Position numbers and translations under genes: made by a program
Shown: one piece after another, positions 37,397-45,972 of the stretch
How the letters are laid out: the number at the start of each line of letters is the position of its first letter
Position numbering within the stretch: the stretch's first letter is position 1
The notes under the pieces: generated by a model
Databases searched by the model: none
Seen by the model: only the letters and a program-made list of their open reading frames with translations
What the model was told of the DNA's origin: nothing
Origin: an uncultured Erysipelotrichaceae bacterium
Lineage (GTDB): Bacteria; Bacillota_I; Bacilli_A; RF39; UBA660
DNA: 51,577 nt
Assembly: GCA_902795755.1 (NCBI GenBank)
Contig: CADBMO010000058.1
Coordinates: 1 to 51,577, forward strand
Reading direction: 5' to 3'

Positions 37397-38524
37397 CTAT
37401 TCTATATTTTTATAATCAGTTATATCTTCATACACTTTAAAAAATATATCTACATCTATTTTACTACCTTTATCATAAAATTTCAAAGTTTTTTTAGATA
37501 TTATATATTCATCATTAGTTAATTGTTTTTTTATTTTTTTTGTTGCAAGTATAATAGCCTTCTCTTTTGCTTTATTTAAACTTATTTTTTGATTAACATA
37601 CTTTACTTCTTGCATATTACCCATAAAGTATTTAATTATACCTAATCGATCAATTTTTATTAAATGGTTTTTATGATATTTGGTATACAAGTTTTTTCTT
37701 AAACTATATTTATTATTTAAAAAGTTAATATCAATATTAAAACGTTCTTTATTTGTAAATAAAAGTTCTTTATATTGTAATGGATATTTTACGTTTACCT
37801 CGTACCAAACTTCTGCATATACTTTTCCATTAGCCGGAATCGTTTGTTTTATCTCTTCATCTTTAATAATGTTACCAGAAATTATGATATCCCCACTATT
37901 TACATAATCATTTGTTTTTTTTATAATTTCACCTTGATTGCATATTATTTTTTTTATAATACCATTTTTTTTAGCAACAATGTTTCTAGGTTTTATTGTT
38001 TTAGTTTTTTTAGTAATTTTTCTTTCAATTACATTTATAATTATGTTAGTACCCTTTTTTTCAATTTCTATCCATTCAATAATGTTTTTATTATTTATTA
38101 ATATATCTTTTTTAATGTTTTTTATCTTATTATAAGATGGCAGTAAATGAATTTTTTTTATACCATTACTATTTAAATATTCATAAATAGCATCTTTTAT
38201 TTCATTGCTATTATGATTAATGGTTATGTTAAACGTAAGTTTACTAAGTAGTATAACAATTATTAAAAATATGATAAATCCTATTAAAACATGAATATTA
38301 TTTGTTAATGATTGTTTTAAATAAATATAACCATAGTATTTTAAAACATCGATATTATACATTTTATAATATTTAGACAATTTAAGATAATCATCATATT
38401 TTAGTTTTAAAATAATGTTTTTATTACCTTTTACTAAATTACTATAATTTATACCCATATTAACAATTTTTTTCAAAAATAAATTAGGTTTATTTCCTAC
38501 TTTAATTAAAACATAATTATTCAT
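37397..38524 (-). CDS. yqfD: sporulation protein YqfD (stage IV)
   Basis: Start at the ATG at 38524 (GGAGA RBS). One TM helix near residue 85, about 375 aa. Follows a YqfC-like gene as in Bacillus. Confidence 0.75.
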   Translation of the reverse strand: MNNYVLIKVGNKPNLFLKKIVNMGINYSNLVKGNKNIILKLKYDDYLKLSKYYKMYNIDVLKYYGYIYLKQSLTNNIHVLIGFIIFLIIVILLSKLTFNITINHNSNEIKDAIYEYLNSNGIKKIHLLPSYNKIKNIKKDILINNKNIIEWIEIEKKGTNIIINVIERKITKKTKTIKPRNIVAKKNGIIKKIICNQGEIIKKTNDYVNSGDIIISGNIIKDEEIKQTIPANGKVYAEVWYEVNVKYPLQYKELLFTNKERFNIDINFLNNKYSLRKNLYTKYHKNHLIKIDRLGIIKYFMGNMQEVKYVNQKISLNKAKEKAIILATKKIKKQLTNDEYIISKKTLKFYDKGSKIDVDIFFKVYEDITDYKNIE

Positions 38525-38783
38525 TATATTCTCCAAACGATATATTGCTGATAGAACCAGATATGATTATTAACTCTTTGTATAAATTTTCAATAACTAA
38601 ATTATTACCTTTAAAAATAATTTTTTTGTTGTTATCTACTTTTATAACTATATTTTTATCATTAAAATCTAATATTTCATCATAATAAGATATTTTTATT
38701 TTGTTATGCTTATAAACCAATTCAAAAGTACCAACATTTGTATATTCATCTATTTTTCTTAAAAGTTTTATAATAATCACCAA
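38517..38783 (-). CDS. yqfC: YabP/YqfC family sporulation protein
   Basis: About 88 aa, beta-rich, ending ...LIIISGSISNISFGE like the YabP family. Start codon uncertain (TTG 38783 or GTG 38780). Confidence 0.65.
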   Translation of the reverse strand: MVIIIKLLRKIDEYTNVGTFELVYKHNKIKISYYDEILDFNDKNIVIKVDNNKKIIFKGNNLVIENLYKELIIISGSISNISFGEYNE

Positions 38784-38829
38784 TAAATTTTATGCAAAAA
38801 AAAACCTACTATTAATAGTAGGTTAAAAT

Positions 38830-39030
38830 TTATGAATTTCTCTCACGTTTAGCAGCTTTTCTTGCATTCTTTTTAGCAGCTTCACGTTTTACCTTTCTTT
38901 CTACCCCAGGTTTTATATATTCTTTTTTTCTTTTTACTTCTCCAAGGAGACCGCTTTTTGCCACTTTATTCTTAAATCTTTTAAGTGCGGCATCAACACC
39001 ATTACCTTTTACTGGAACTGTGATAGGCAT
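38830..39030 (-). CDS. rpsU: 30S ribosomal protein S21
   Basis: Start at the ATG at 39030 after GGGAAGGGGGG. MPITVPVKGNGVDAALKRFKNKV... basic C-terminus. Confidence 0.93.
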   Translation of the reverse strand: MPITVPVKGNGVDAALKRFKNKVAKSGLLGEVKRKKEYIKPGVERKVKREAAKKNARKAAKRERNS

Positions 39031-39063
39031 ATTTATCCCCCCTTCCCTGGTCATTTCTTAGAT

Positions 39064-39093
39064 ATTATAACATAAAGAATAAATATATTTCAA
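39064..39093 (-). promoter_or_regulatory. sigma-A promoter for rpsU
   Basis: Minus strand TTGAAA (39093-39088), 18-nt spacer ending in TG-n, TATAAT (39069-39064). Confidence 0.55.
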
Positions 39094-39141
39094 CATTTTT
39101 TTACAAAAAAGAATAATATTCATAAATTTTTAATTATAGTT

Positions 39142-39309
39142 TTATTTTAAAGGGCATTTACCTTTATAAATCCATCTTCTAATTGAACTACCAAAATATC
39201 TTCCAACATCCATAAAAGTATTGATTCCTCTCATAATACTATTAAGTAATGTTGCAGAAAGTGTTTTACCTGCTTTTATTTTTTTTAAATCTTTTTTGCT
39301 TAATATCAT
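39142..39309 (-). CDS. double-glycine-type (Ala-Gly) leader peptide 2, cationic bacteriocin-like precursor (55 aa), not in the ORF track
   Basis: AGGAGG RBS 5 nt before the ATG at 39309. MILSKKDLKKIKAG|KTLSATLLNSIMRGINTFMDVGRYFGSSIRRWIYKGKCPLK. Leader has L-12, D-8, L-7, I-4, A-2, G-1. Confidence 0.7.
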   Translation of the reverse strand: MILSKKDLKKIKAGKTLSATLLNSIMRGINTFMDVGRYFGSSIRRWIYKGKCPLK

Positions 39310-39318
39310 GCATTCCTC

Positions 39319-39459
39319 CTATCTACATTTAAATGGTCTAAAATAACCATCTAACACACCAATAAGAAACGTTATACCAGCAGCTATTCCAGCAGCTATC
39401 CAACCACCAGATGCTCCAGCTTTTACAATTTTTTGTTCATTTTTGTTTAGTTCTTTCAT
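39319..39459 (-). CDS. double-glycine-type (Ala-Gly) leader peptide 1, GxxxG-rich hydrophobic bacteriocin-like precursor (46 aa), not in the ORF track
   Basis: The ATG at 39459 overlaps the ABC-transporter TGA (ATGA), with GGAGG upstream. MKELNKNEQKIVKAG|ASGGWIAAGIAAGITFLIGVLDGYFRPFKCR. Leader has L-12, E-8, V-4, A-2, G-1. Confidence 0.7.
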   Translation of the reverse strand: MKELNKNEQKIVKAGASGGWIAAGIAAGITFLIGVLDGYFRPFKCR

Positions 39460-41462
39460 TTTACCTCCATTTCTTTTAGTATTCCTTTTTCTATTTTTAA
39501 TACTTTATCAAACAACTCCTTATTAGTACAATTATGAGAAATTAATATAAGTCCTAAATGTTTATAATTCTTTTTTATATTAATAAGTATTTGTTTTTCA
39601 GTTTCTTTATCAAGTTGACTAGTTGTTTCATCTAATATTAGTATATTACTACAATTACATAATGCTTGAGCGATAAGTATTTTTTGAATATCACCACCAG
39701 ATAAATTATCATTTATACTATCAATCTTATAATCATAACCAATATTATTATTTTTAAGCATTTTATCTATTAATGTTGTTTTAGCGGCTAATTCATAATT
39801 ATTACTATCAAGACAAATATTATTTTTAATAGTATCTGAAAACAATTTAGATTTTTGGTCCACATAAGTTATATTGTTCTTTATATCTTTATATAATACA
39901 CTATTTATATTATTATCATTAAAATATATATTTGCTTTTTTAGTTGAGATTTGTTTTGTAAGTATTTTAAATAATGTGGATTTACCAGATCCTGTTGGTC
40001 CAGTAACCATTATCCAATCTGAGTTTTTTATATTTAAATTTAATTTTTTTAAGATTAACTTATTATTATACTTAAAACTATAATTTTTTATTTTAATTCT
40101 ATATATTTTAAAGTTTGTTTCATCAAATCGGATGCTTTCATATTTAAAAAGTTCATTTATTCTTTTAATACTTGCATCATAATCTGGTTTTGTGCCATAT
40201 AAACTATATATCTCATTTAAAGAACCCATAAACATATTTGATAAAAATACTATAAAAACTAAATTATTTATGTTAATTTTCATAATTAAAGAACATATTA
40301 TTATACTAATATCAAATATAATATTTAAAATTCCAATAATCATTTCTCTTTTTAAATAATGTTTATATAAAGAATTATATATATTATGTAGCTTATTATA
40401 CTTTTCATTAATTTTAGATATAAAAAAACGTTCTTTAACATAGTTTTTTATTAATAATATATTGTTTAAGCAAGAAATAATTGTATCACTTAGTCCTTCA
40501 TTTTTTAACTGCAAATCATAATTTATATAACTATATTTCTTATAATAAGATTTATTTATAATAAAAGTTAAAATTGAAAATACAGCTAATAGAATTATTA
40601 AAAACGGTTCAAAAACCAAAAAAACTATAATTATACAAATGATTAATATAATATTTACAAAAAATATTTCAGTAATCTTACTAACCATTTCTTTTACATA
40701 AGATAAATCATTTATTTTTGATATTAACTCTCCAGATGGATGTGCTTGATAAAATTTACTGGGAAGTAATAAAGTTTTGGCAAATACGGGTACACTTAAC
40801 TTCTTATCTACTAATAATCTAAAGGATAATGTTAATTTGTTTCTTAAATAAAAAATCAATTCTTTTAGGATTCCAATGAATAAAAAAATAAGTAGTATAT
40901 AGTAAATAAAGGAGTAATTTAATTTTAAACTTAATGAATTAATTATGAATGAAATATTATATGAATATAAAATTGATAAGAATGACCATAGTAATGTTAC
41001 CATTGTTATCTTAATCATTTTTTTATTATTATAAGCATTTTTAATGTCAAACTCTTCATTTCTTTTAAACGTTATTCCCACTCCGGTAAATTCTTTTAAA
41101 AAATTGTCTTTTGGTACGTTTTTTATTCCAAATGAAGGATCTGCAATAAGTATGCTATCATTTGATACTTTGTATACCACAACAAAATGTTGAAGATTGT
41201 TTTCATTAACTGTATGTGCGATAAATGGTGTTTTAACTTCATTAATATTTATGCCTTTATAAGCTTGAGCGTCTAAAAGATGTTTTTTACTTTCTTTTAT
41301 AATTTCATATGCGCTAACACCTTCCATATCACATTTCATTTCCTTTTTTATTAATTCATAACTAGCATTTATATTGTGGTACTTAAATATCATAGAAAGA
41401 CATGCTATCCCGCAATCATTAGTATTAAGTTGTTTTGTGAACTTATATTGCAAATCTATCAC
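39456..41462 (-). CDS. bacteriocin-type ABC exporter with N-terminal C39 peptidase domain
   Basis: C39 catalytic Cys context QLNTNDCGIACLSMIF, six-TM domain, Walker A GPTGSGKST, signature LSGGDIQK, Walker B ILILDETTS. The likely true start is the TTG at 41453 (GGAGG, 8-nt spacer); the GTG at 41462 overlaps the RBS. Confidence 0.9.
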   Translation of the reverse strand: MIDLQYKFTKQLNTNDCGIACLSMIFKYHNINASYELIKKEMKCDMEGVSAYEIIKESKKHLLDAQAYKGININEVKTPFIAHTVNENNLQHFVVVYKVSNDSILIADPSFGIKNVPKDNFLKEFTGVGITFKRNEEFDIKNAYNNKKMIKITMVTLLWSFLSILYSYNISFIINSLSLKLNYSFIYYILLIFLFIGILKELIFYLRNKLTLSFRLLVDKKLSVPVFAKTLLLPSKFYQAHPSGELISKINDLSYVKEMVSKITEIFFVNIILIICIIIVFLVFEPFLIILLAVFSILTFIINKSYYKKYSYINYDLQLKNEGLSDTIISCLNNILLIKNYVKERFFISKINEKYNKLHNIYNSLYKHYLKREMIIGILNIIFDISIIICSLIMKININNLVFIVFLSNMFMGSLNEIYSLYGTKPDYDASIKRINELFKYESIRFDETNFKIYRIKIKNYSFKYNNKLILKKLNLNIKNSDWIMVTGPTGSGKSTLFKILTKQISTKKANIYFNDNNINSVLYKDIKNNITYVDQKSKLFSDTIKNNICLDSNNYELAAKTTLIDKMLKNNNIGYDYKIDSINDNLSGGDIQKILIAQALCNCSNILILDETTSQLDKETEKQILINIKKNYKHLGLILISHNCTNKELFDKVLKIEKGILKEMEVK

Positions 41463-41514
41463 CTCCCGATTTTATTGTTCAACAAAACTTTTAAAATCCC
41501 TCGTTTTTTTTGAA

Positions 41515-41546
41515 AAAAAATTAAAAAAACACGCATAAACGTGTTT
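41515..41546 (-). terminator. rho-independent terminator after tRNA-Arg
   Basis: Minus strand AAACACG-TTTATG-CGTGTTT followed by TTTTAATTTTTTTT. Confidence 0.65.
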
Positions 41547-41556
41547 ATAATCCAAG

Positions 41557-41633
<77 letters not shown>

Positions 41634-41680
41634 TTGTTTGTTCATAAAAGAACAAATCAATTATACAATAAAAACTTTAA

Positions 41681-42637
41681 TTATTCAATATCTTTTAACT
41701 CACTTTTTAGAATTTCTTTATTATTTACGTTAAATACTACTTGTTTTACATCCATATTATCTTTAATTGATAAACAGATGGAATATATAACTTCTTCTAA
41801 TACTTTTTCATCTTTTATATCATCAAATAAGTATTCATTAAAATACAGCGTTAATACATCTCCTGATACATTATAATCTTTTAATCTAGTATTATAGTTT
41901 AAAAAACTCATTAGGTTTTCATCATAAGTATTACTTGAAGTTAATTCATTAATAATAATTTCTATTTTTTCTTTATTACTATTATTTATTTTAGTTACTG
42001 GAATATAATAATAATCATTAAGAGATTTACCAACATAATATATTGTTGTTTTATTAATATTTTTATAATCCGTTTTTTCGTACTCTTTATTAACTCCGTA
42101 CTCTCTAGTTAGAGGTTGGGTAATCATTAACTTATTTTTTGGTAAATAATCTAATTGTTTACCATCTATATAAATATAAACATATTTTATGTTATTTATA
42201 AGGGTCATATTATATACAATTAGTTCAATTGCTTTTTCTTCATTTTGCATATCTAATTCATAAAAATCTTTTGAAATGTCAACGTAAATTATATTATTTT
42301 CAATCTTAACATTATTAATAATAGTACTACTTGGTAATACAGGTTTAAAACCAGTAGGTATTTTTGACTCATATTTACCATCTATTATCAATAGCTCTAA
42401 AACTTTTTTTGCATATTCAACATTAGACTCTTTTAGAAAATCAATTTTACATTTGGATACATAATTATTTTTATCTAATAAATATACTTTATTATCAAAA
42501 CTAGATGATACTTTTTTTGTATATGTATTATCTTCTAGTGAATACTCCTTACTAGCTGGAAATAGTAATAAGAACAAGAATAACATTAGCATTAAACTAG
42601 TTCTAAATATTTTATTATATGCAATTTTTCTAAGCAT
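41681..42637 (-). CDS. gerM: GerM-like spore germination/sporulation lipoprotein-type protein
   Basis: Start at the ATG at 42637 (GGAGG, 5-nt spacer). Signal sequence, then two GerMN-like repeats (...IYVDISKDF..., ...LTLYFNEYL...). Confidence 0.6.
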   Translation of the reverse strand: MLRKIAYNKIFRTSLMLMLFLFLLLFPASKEYSLEDNTYTKKVSSSFDNKVYLLDKNNYVSKCKIDFLKESNVEYAKKVLELLIIDGKYESKIPTGFKPVLPSSTIINNVKIENNIIYVDISKDFYELDMQNEEKAIELIVYNMTLINNIKYVYIYIDGKQLDYLPKNKLMITQPLTREYGVNKEYEKTDYKNINKTTIYYVGKSLNDYYYIPVTKINNSNKEKIEIIINELTSSNTYDENLMSFLNYNTRLKDYNVSGDVLTLYFNEYLFDDIKDEKVLEEVIYSICLSIKDNMDVKQVVFNVNNKEILKSELKDIE

Positions 42638-42683
42638 AAGATCCTCCAATTAATTATATGAAAAAAATCGCATATTATGCGAT

Positions 42684-42890
42684 TTATATAGAAATCTCAT
42701 TTAATTTTATTAATTCTATCACAGCACATGCTCTTCCTTTAACTCCTAGCTTTTGCATAACATTTGATATATGATTTCTAACTGTTTTTTCACTAATGTC
42801 TAATCTATTAGCTATTTCTTTTGTAGTTTTATTAGTAATCAAATAATCAAATATTTGTTTTTCTCGTTTAGTAAGAATTGTTCTTTTCAT
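42684..42890 (-). CDS. gerE: GerE, LuxR-type HTH sporulation transcription factor
   Basis: 68 aa. LTKREKQIFDYLITNKTTKEIANRLDISEKTVRNHISNVMQKLGVKGRACAV is nearly collinear with B. subtilis GerE as I remember it. Confidence 0.85.
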   Translation of the reverse strand: MKRTILTKREKQIFDYLITNKTTKEIANRLDISEKTVRNHISNVMQKLGVKGRACAVIELIKLNEISI

Positions 42891-42968
42891 GATTTCACCA
42901 CTTTCTTATATGTAAGAGGTATTTTAACATTTCTATAATATAATATGAGAAACCATGTTAATTGGAAA

Positions 42969-43472
42969 CTAAATTTTAAATCTTACCGAAACAAAAACCT
43001 TGTTTTCAAACTCTTCTTGTATTAATCTCATTACTTTGTTTGCAAGAGAATAATCATGATCTTTTTTCTTAACTACAACATTAATGTTATCATTATCAAT
43101 TTTTACATAACTTTCTAGCTTCATCTTATCTTTTATTTTTTTCACTAATTTTTCTTCCTTTGCTTTAATGTCATCTATTTCTTTTAATCCCTCGTATGCA
43201 TTATTTTTTTCTTCATCCGTTGATTTGGAATTTGTTAATATTTCATTATATTCAGCGGCCATAGATGCTCTTTCTTCATCTTTTTCAATCTCCAAAACCG
43301 CTAAATAATCCGTATTTTTTGCACTGACATTGCTAGATGCTTTTTTAGTAGTAGTTATTTTATTTTTTTCATTTATAACCGTTAACAATTCATTTGGCAT
43401 TGTTATATAATATACACTTAATATTAAAATTAAACTAAATAACGTTAAAAACCATATTTTTTGCTTATTCAT
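42969..43472 (-). CDS. spoIIIAH: SpoIIIAH-like protein
   Basis: MNKQKIWFLTLFSLILILSVYY N-terminal anchor, charged linker, and C-terminal YscJ/FliF-like block (...ESYVKIDNDNINVVVKKKD...VMRLIQEEF...VFVSVRF). Confidence 0.65.
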   Translation of the reverse strand: MNKQKIWFLTLFSLILILSVYYITMPNELLTVINEKNKITTTKKASSNVSAKNTDYLAVLEIEKDEERASMAAEYNEILTNSKSTDEEKNNAYEGLKEIDDIKAKEEKLVKKIKDKMKLESYVKIDNDNINVVVKKKDHDYSLANKVMRLIQEEFENKVFVSVRFKI

Positions 43473-43534
43473 AATATTGTCCTTTCTAATTAAGCATATG
43501 CAGTAGAAAAAAAATATTCACAAAAAAAAGAATC

Positions 43535-44860
43535 TTATGATTCTTTTTCATTTTCTAATACCGCATTTGCAAAAGGCATTATATTATTAATCTTTTTATC
43601 TAATTCTGCTTGCTTAGAATTAATCTCCGCTTCTTTTTCATCAAGCTCTTTCTCAAAATCATCTAACTCTTGTTTTTTCTTGGTTGCACTTTCAATAAGA
43701 TCATTTACAAAAGCTTCATCTTCCTTTATTTGTTCTTCCTCTTCATCATAAGTTGCTTCCCTTTTATTTATTTCATTTAACCTTGAAACCAATCTTTTTA
43801 TCATTTCTTCAACAACTTGTTTTTCATCAACTGGTGATATGTAATTATCTTCTTCAACCCTTATTGGTGAGATTTCTTTATAGTCATCTTTTTTCTCAGT
43901 AATAACTGGAGTTTTAGCAATTTCAAGAATTTTATCAATGTCATATGTTTCTGGAACAACAACATCTTTTTTCTCTTCTTTCTTTCTAACACTTGGTAAA
44001 ACAGGAGGTACGAATTCTTTAAGCTTTGGAAGTCTATCTTCATCAATTAATACTAATGGTTTATTAACATTTATAACGTCTTCCTCAGCTTGCTTTATAG
44101 TCTCTTCTTCGTTTTCTACTTCTGCATCAATTTCTTCAAGTGTTGGCGTTGATAACTCATTAATATCTAACGAGGTAACCTTTGGTATTTCTTCATCTAC
44201 TTTTTCTTCAACTTGTTCTTCTTTTGGTTCTTCACCTACATAATCAACTGCATTTGATAATGCACTAGATATTTCACTTACAAAATTATTTTGATATAAG
44301 TCACTAATCTTTTGTAATGCGTTTTTAATTAACTCATAAATATCATTTTTATATGAAACAATGGCATCATATGATACATCTTTAATATCACCATCTAGAT
44401 CATTTATAAAAGTATCAACAGCACTTTCAATAACTTCGTTATTTCCATCCTCATTTATAAATGGAGATCTTTTTATTTTAACTATTTCTAAATACTTATC
44501 ATTTAATAAAGTATCTAAACTATTAATAAAACTCTTTTTATCATCTTCCGATTCTATATTAGAAGCTTCAATTTTATCATTAATCTTTTCAAAAAATTGT
44601 TCATTAACTGATTCAACACTTCTTAAATCTTTAATAACGTATGTTTCAACTTCTTCACAAATTGGTGAAACTAAATTAGTTTTTGCACTTGATATCGTAC
44701 TTGAAAAATCTATTGTATAATTTGAATCTGTTACAATTTGACTTATAAAGTTTGTTGTTCTTTCATCAATTGAAGCATTTAAATCTCTAAGTTCTTTTCT
44801 ATAATCATTATTATTTTCACTAATTCTATCTAAAACATTATTAAATAATTTACTCATCAT
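43535..44860 (-). CDS. hypothetical highly acidic protein with C-terminal coiled coil
   Basis: About 441 aa. Start ATG at 44860 or 44857 after GGAGG. Overlaps the stop of the upstream ORF. Glu/Asp-rich linker, terminal coiled coil. Confidence 0.6.
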   Translation of the reverse strand: MMSKLFNNVLDRISENNNDYRKELRDLNASIDERTTNFISQIVTDSNYTIDFSSTISSAKTNLVSPICEEVETYVIKDLRSVESVNEQFFEKINDKIEASNIESEDDKKSFINSLDTLLNDKYLEIVKIKRSPFINEDGNNEVIESAVDTFINDLDGDIKDVSYDAIVSYKNDIYELIKNALQKISDLYQNNFVSEISSALSNAVDYVGEEPKEEQVEEKVDEEIPKVTSLDINELSTPTLEEIDAEVENEEETIKQAEEDVINVNKPLVLIDEDRLPKLKEFVPPVLPSVRKKEEKKDVVVPETYDIDKILEIAKTPVITEKKDDYKEISPIRVEEDNYISPVDEKQVVEEMIKRLVSRLNEINKREATYDEEEEQIKEDEAFVNDLIESATKKKQELDDFEKELDEKEAEINSKQAELDKKINNIMPFANAVLENEKES

Positions 44861-45863
44861 CACTACCTCCTATCTCAGAAGATTTAATGTTATTTAAACC
44901 CTTTAACAATGGTTTTATATTTAAGAATATTACTTCTGTTTCAGATAGCTTAGCATTTAATTTTACTTCTTTATCATTTAAACTTAGTTTCCTTTTACTT
45001 AACTCATTTTCCCTTTTAATATTTGCTTCAATATTATCATTAGTACTTTCTAATCTTTCTTCTACGTTACGTCTTCTTTCTTCTATCTTTTTTTCTCTTC
45101 TTTGTAACGTTTCTTCTTTTGTATTTAAACTTAGTAATACTTTATTAAATAAAGTCATATCATCATATTTTTCAAAATCATTTGTTGATTTTTCATCAAG
45201 TGCTATATCTTTAATACTATCAGTCATTGAAACTCCTCCTTTTTCTTCTTTTTCCTCATCATGATCTAATTCGCTTTCATCATTTAACTCATTTATTAAA
45301 ATAGTTAAATATTTTTCATCCACGTTATTAATTAAATCTTCCAATTTTTCTTCTAATTCTTTTTTTGAATTGTTAACCACATTCATAACGTTTTCAACCA
45401 ACGTCTTATTTTCTTCTATAACCTTAACAATACTATTTTTAACATAATCTATTACACTATCATAATATTCGGTTATATCAAGGTCCTCCGTCATGTTTAA
45501 TTGATTAGTATTTTTATTATTTTCTAGTTCCTTTATATAGTTCTTTTTAATATCTTTAATCTTAATTTTTTCATATACATAGTCTTCTATAAATGAATCA
45601 TTTGTTATTTGTAATGCCAATGAATCAATAAATAGTTTTCTTTTTATCTTTTTGACTAGTGATTGTTTTATTAATCCATCAATATTATCACGTATTTTAT
45701 CTTCGTTAAATTCAAAATCTATTGTTAAGCTTACTAAGTCTTCAGCTAAATGATAAATACATGAATCAATAATTGTTACTAGTTCATCAGATATAATTTT
45801 ATCGTTTAATGCATTACATTTAAAAAGAACTGCGTTTTTAATTCTTTCTATAGTACCTAGCAT
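44850..45863 (-). CDS. hypothetical acidic coiled-coil protein
   Basis: About 337 aa. Start ATG at 45863 (GGAGG, 6-nt spacer). Same architecture as the next gene: helical N-domain, acidic linker, coiled coil. Confidence 0.6.
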   Translation of the reverse strand: MLGTIERIKNAVLFKCNALNDKIISDELVTIIDSCIYHLAEDLVSLTIDFEFNEDKIRDNIDGLIKQSLVKKIKRKLFIDSLALQITNDSFIEDYVYEKIKIKDIKKNYIKELENNKNTNQLNMTEDLDITEYYDSVIDYVKNSIVKVIEENKTLVENVMNVVNNSKKELEEKLEDLINNVDEKYLTILINELNDESELDHDEEKEEKGGVSMTDSIKDIALDEKSTNDFEKYDDMTLFNKVLLSLNTKEETLQRREKKIEERRRNVEERLESTNDNIEANIKRENELSKRKLSLNDKEVKLNAKLSETEVIFLNIKPLLKGLNNIKSSEIGGSDDE

Positions 45864-45972
45864 CACTAGCCTCCTATCACAACATATTCCCCTTTATAAC
45901 ATAGCATATACAAATTACCATATTATAACTAAAATAATTTTAACATAAAAAAAGATAAATTTAAATACTAAA

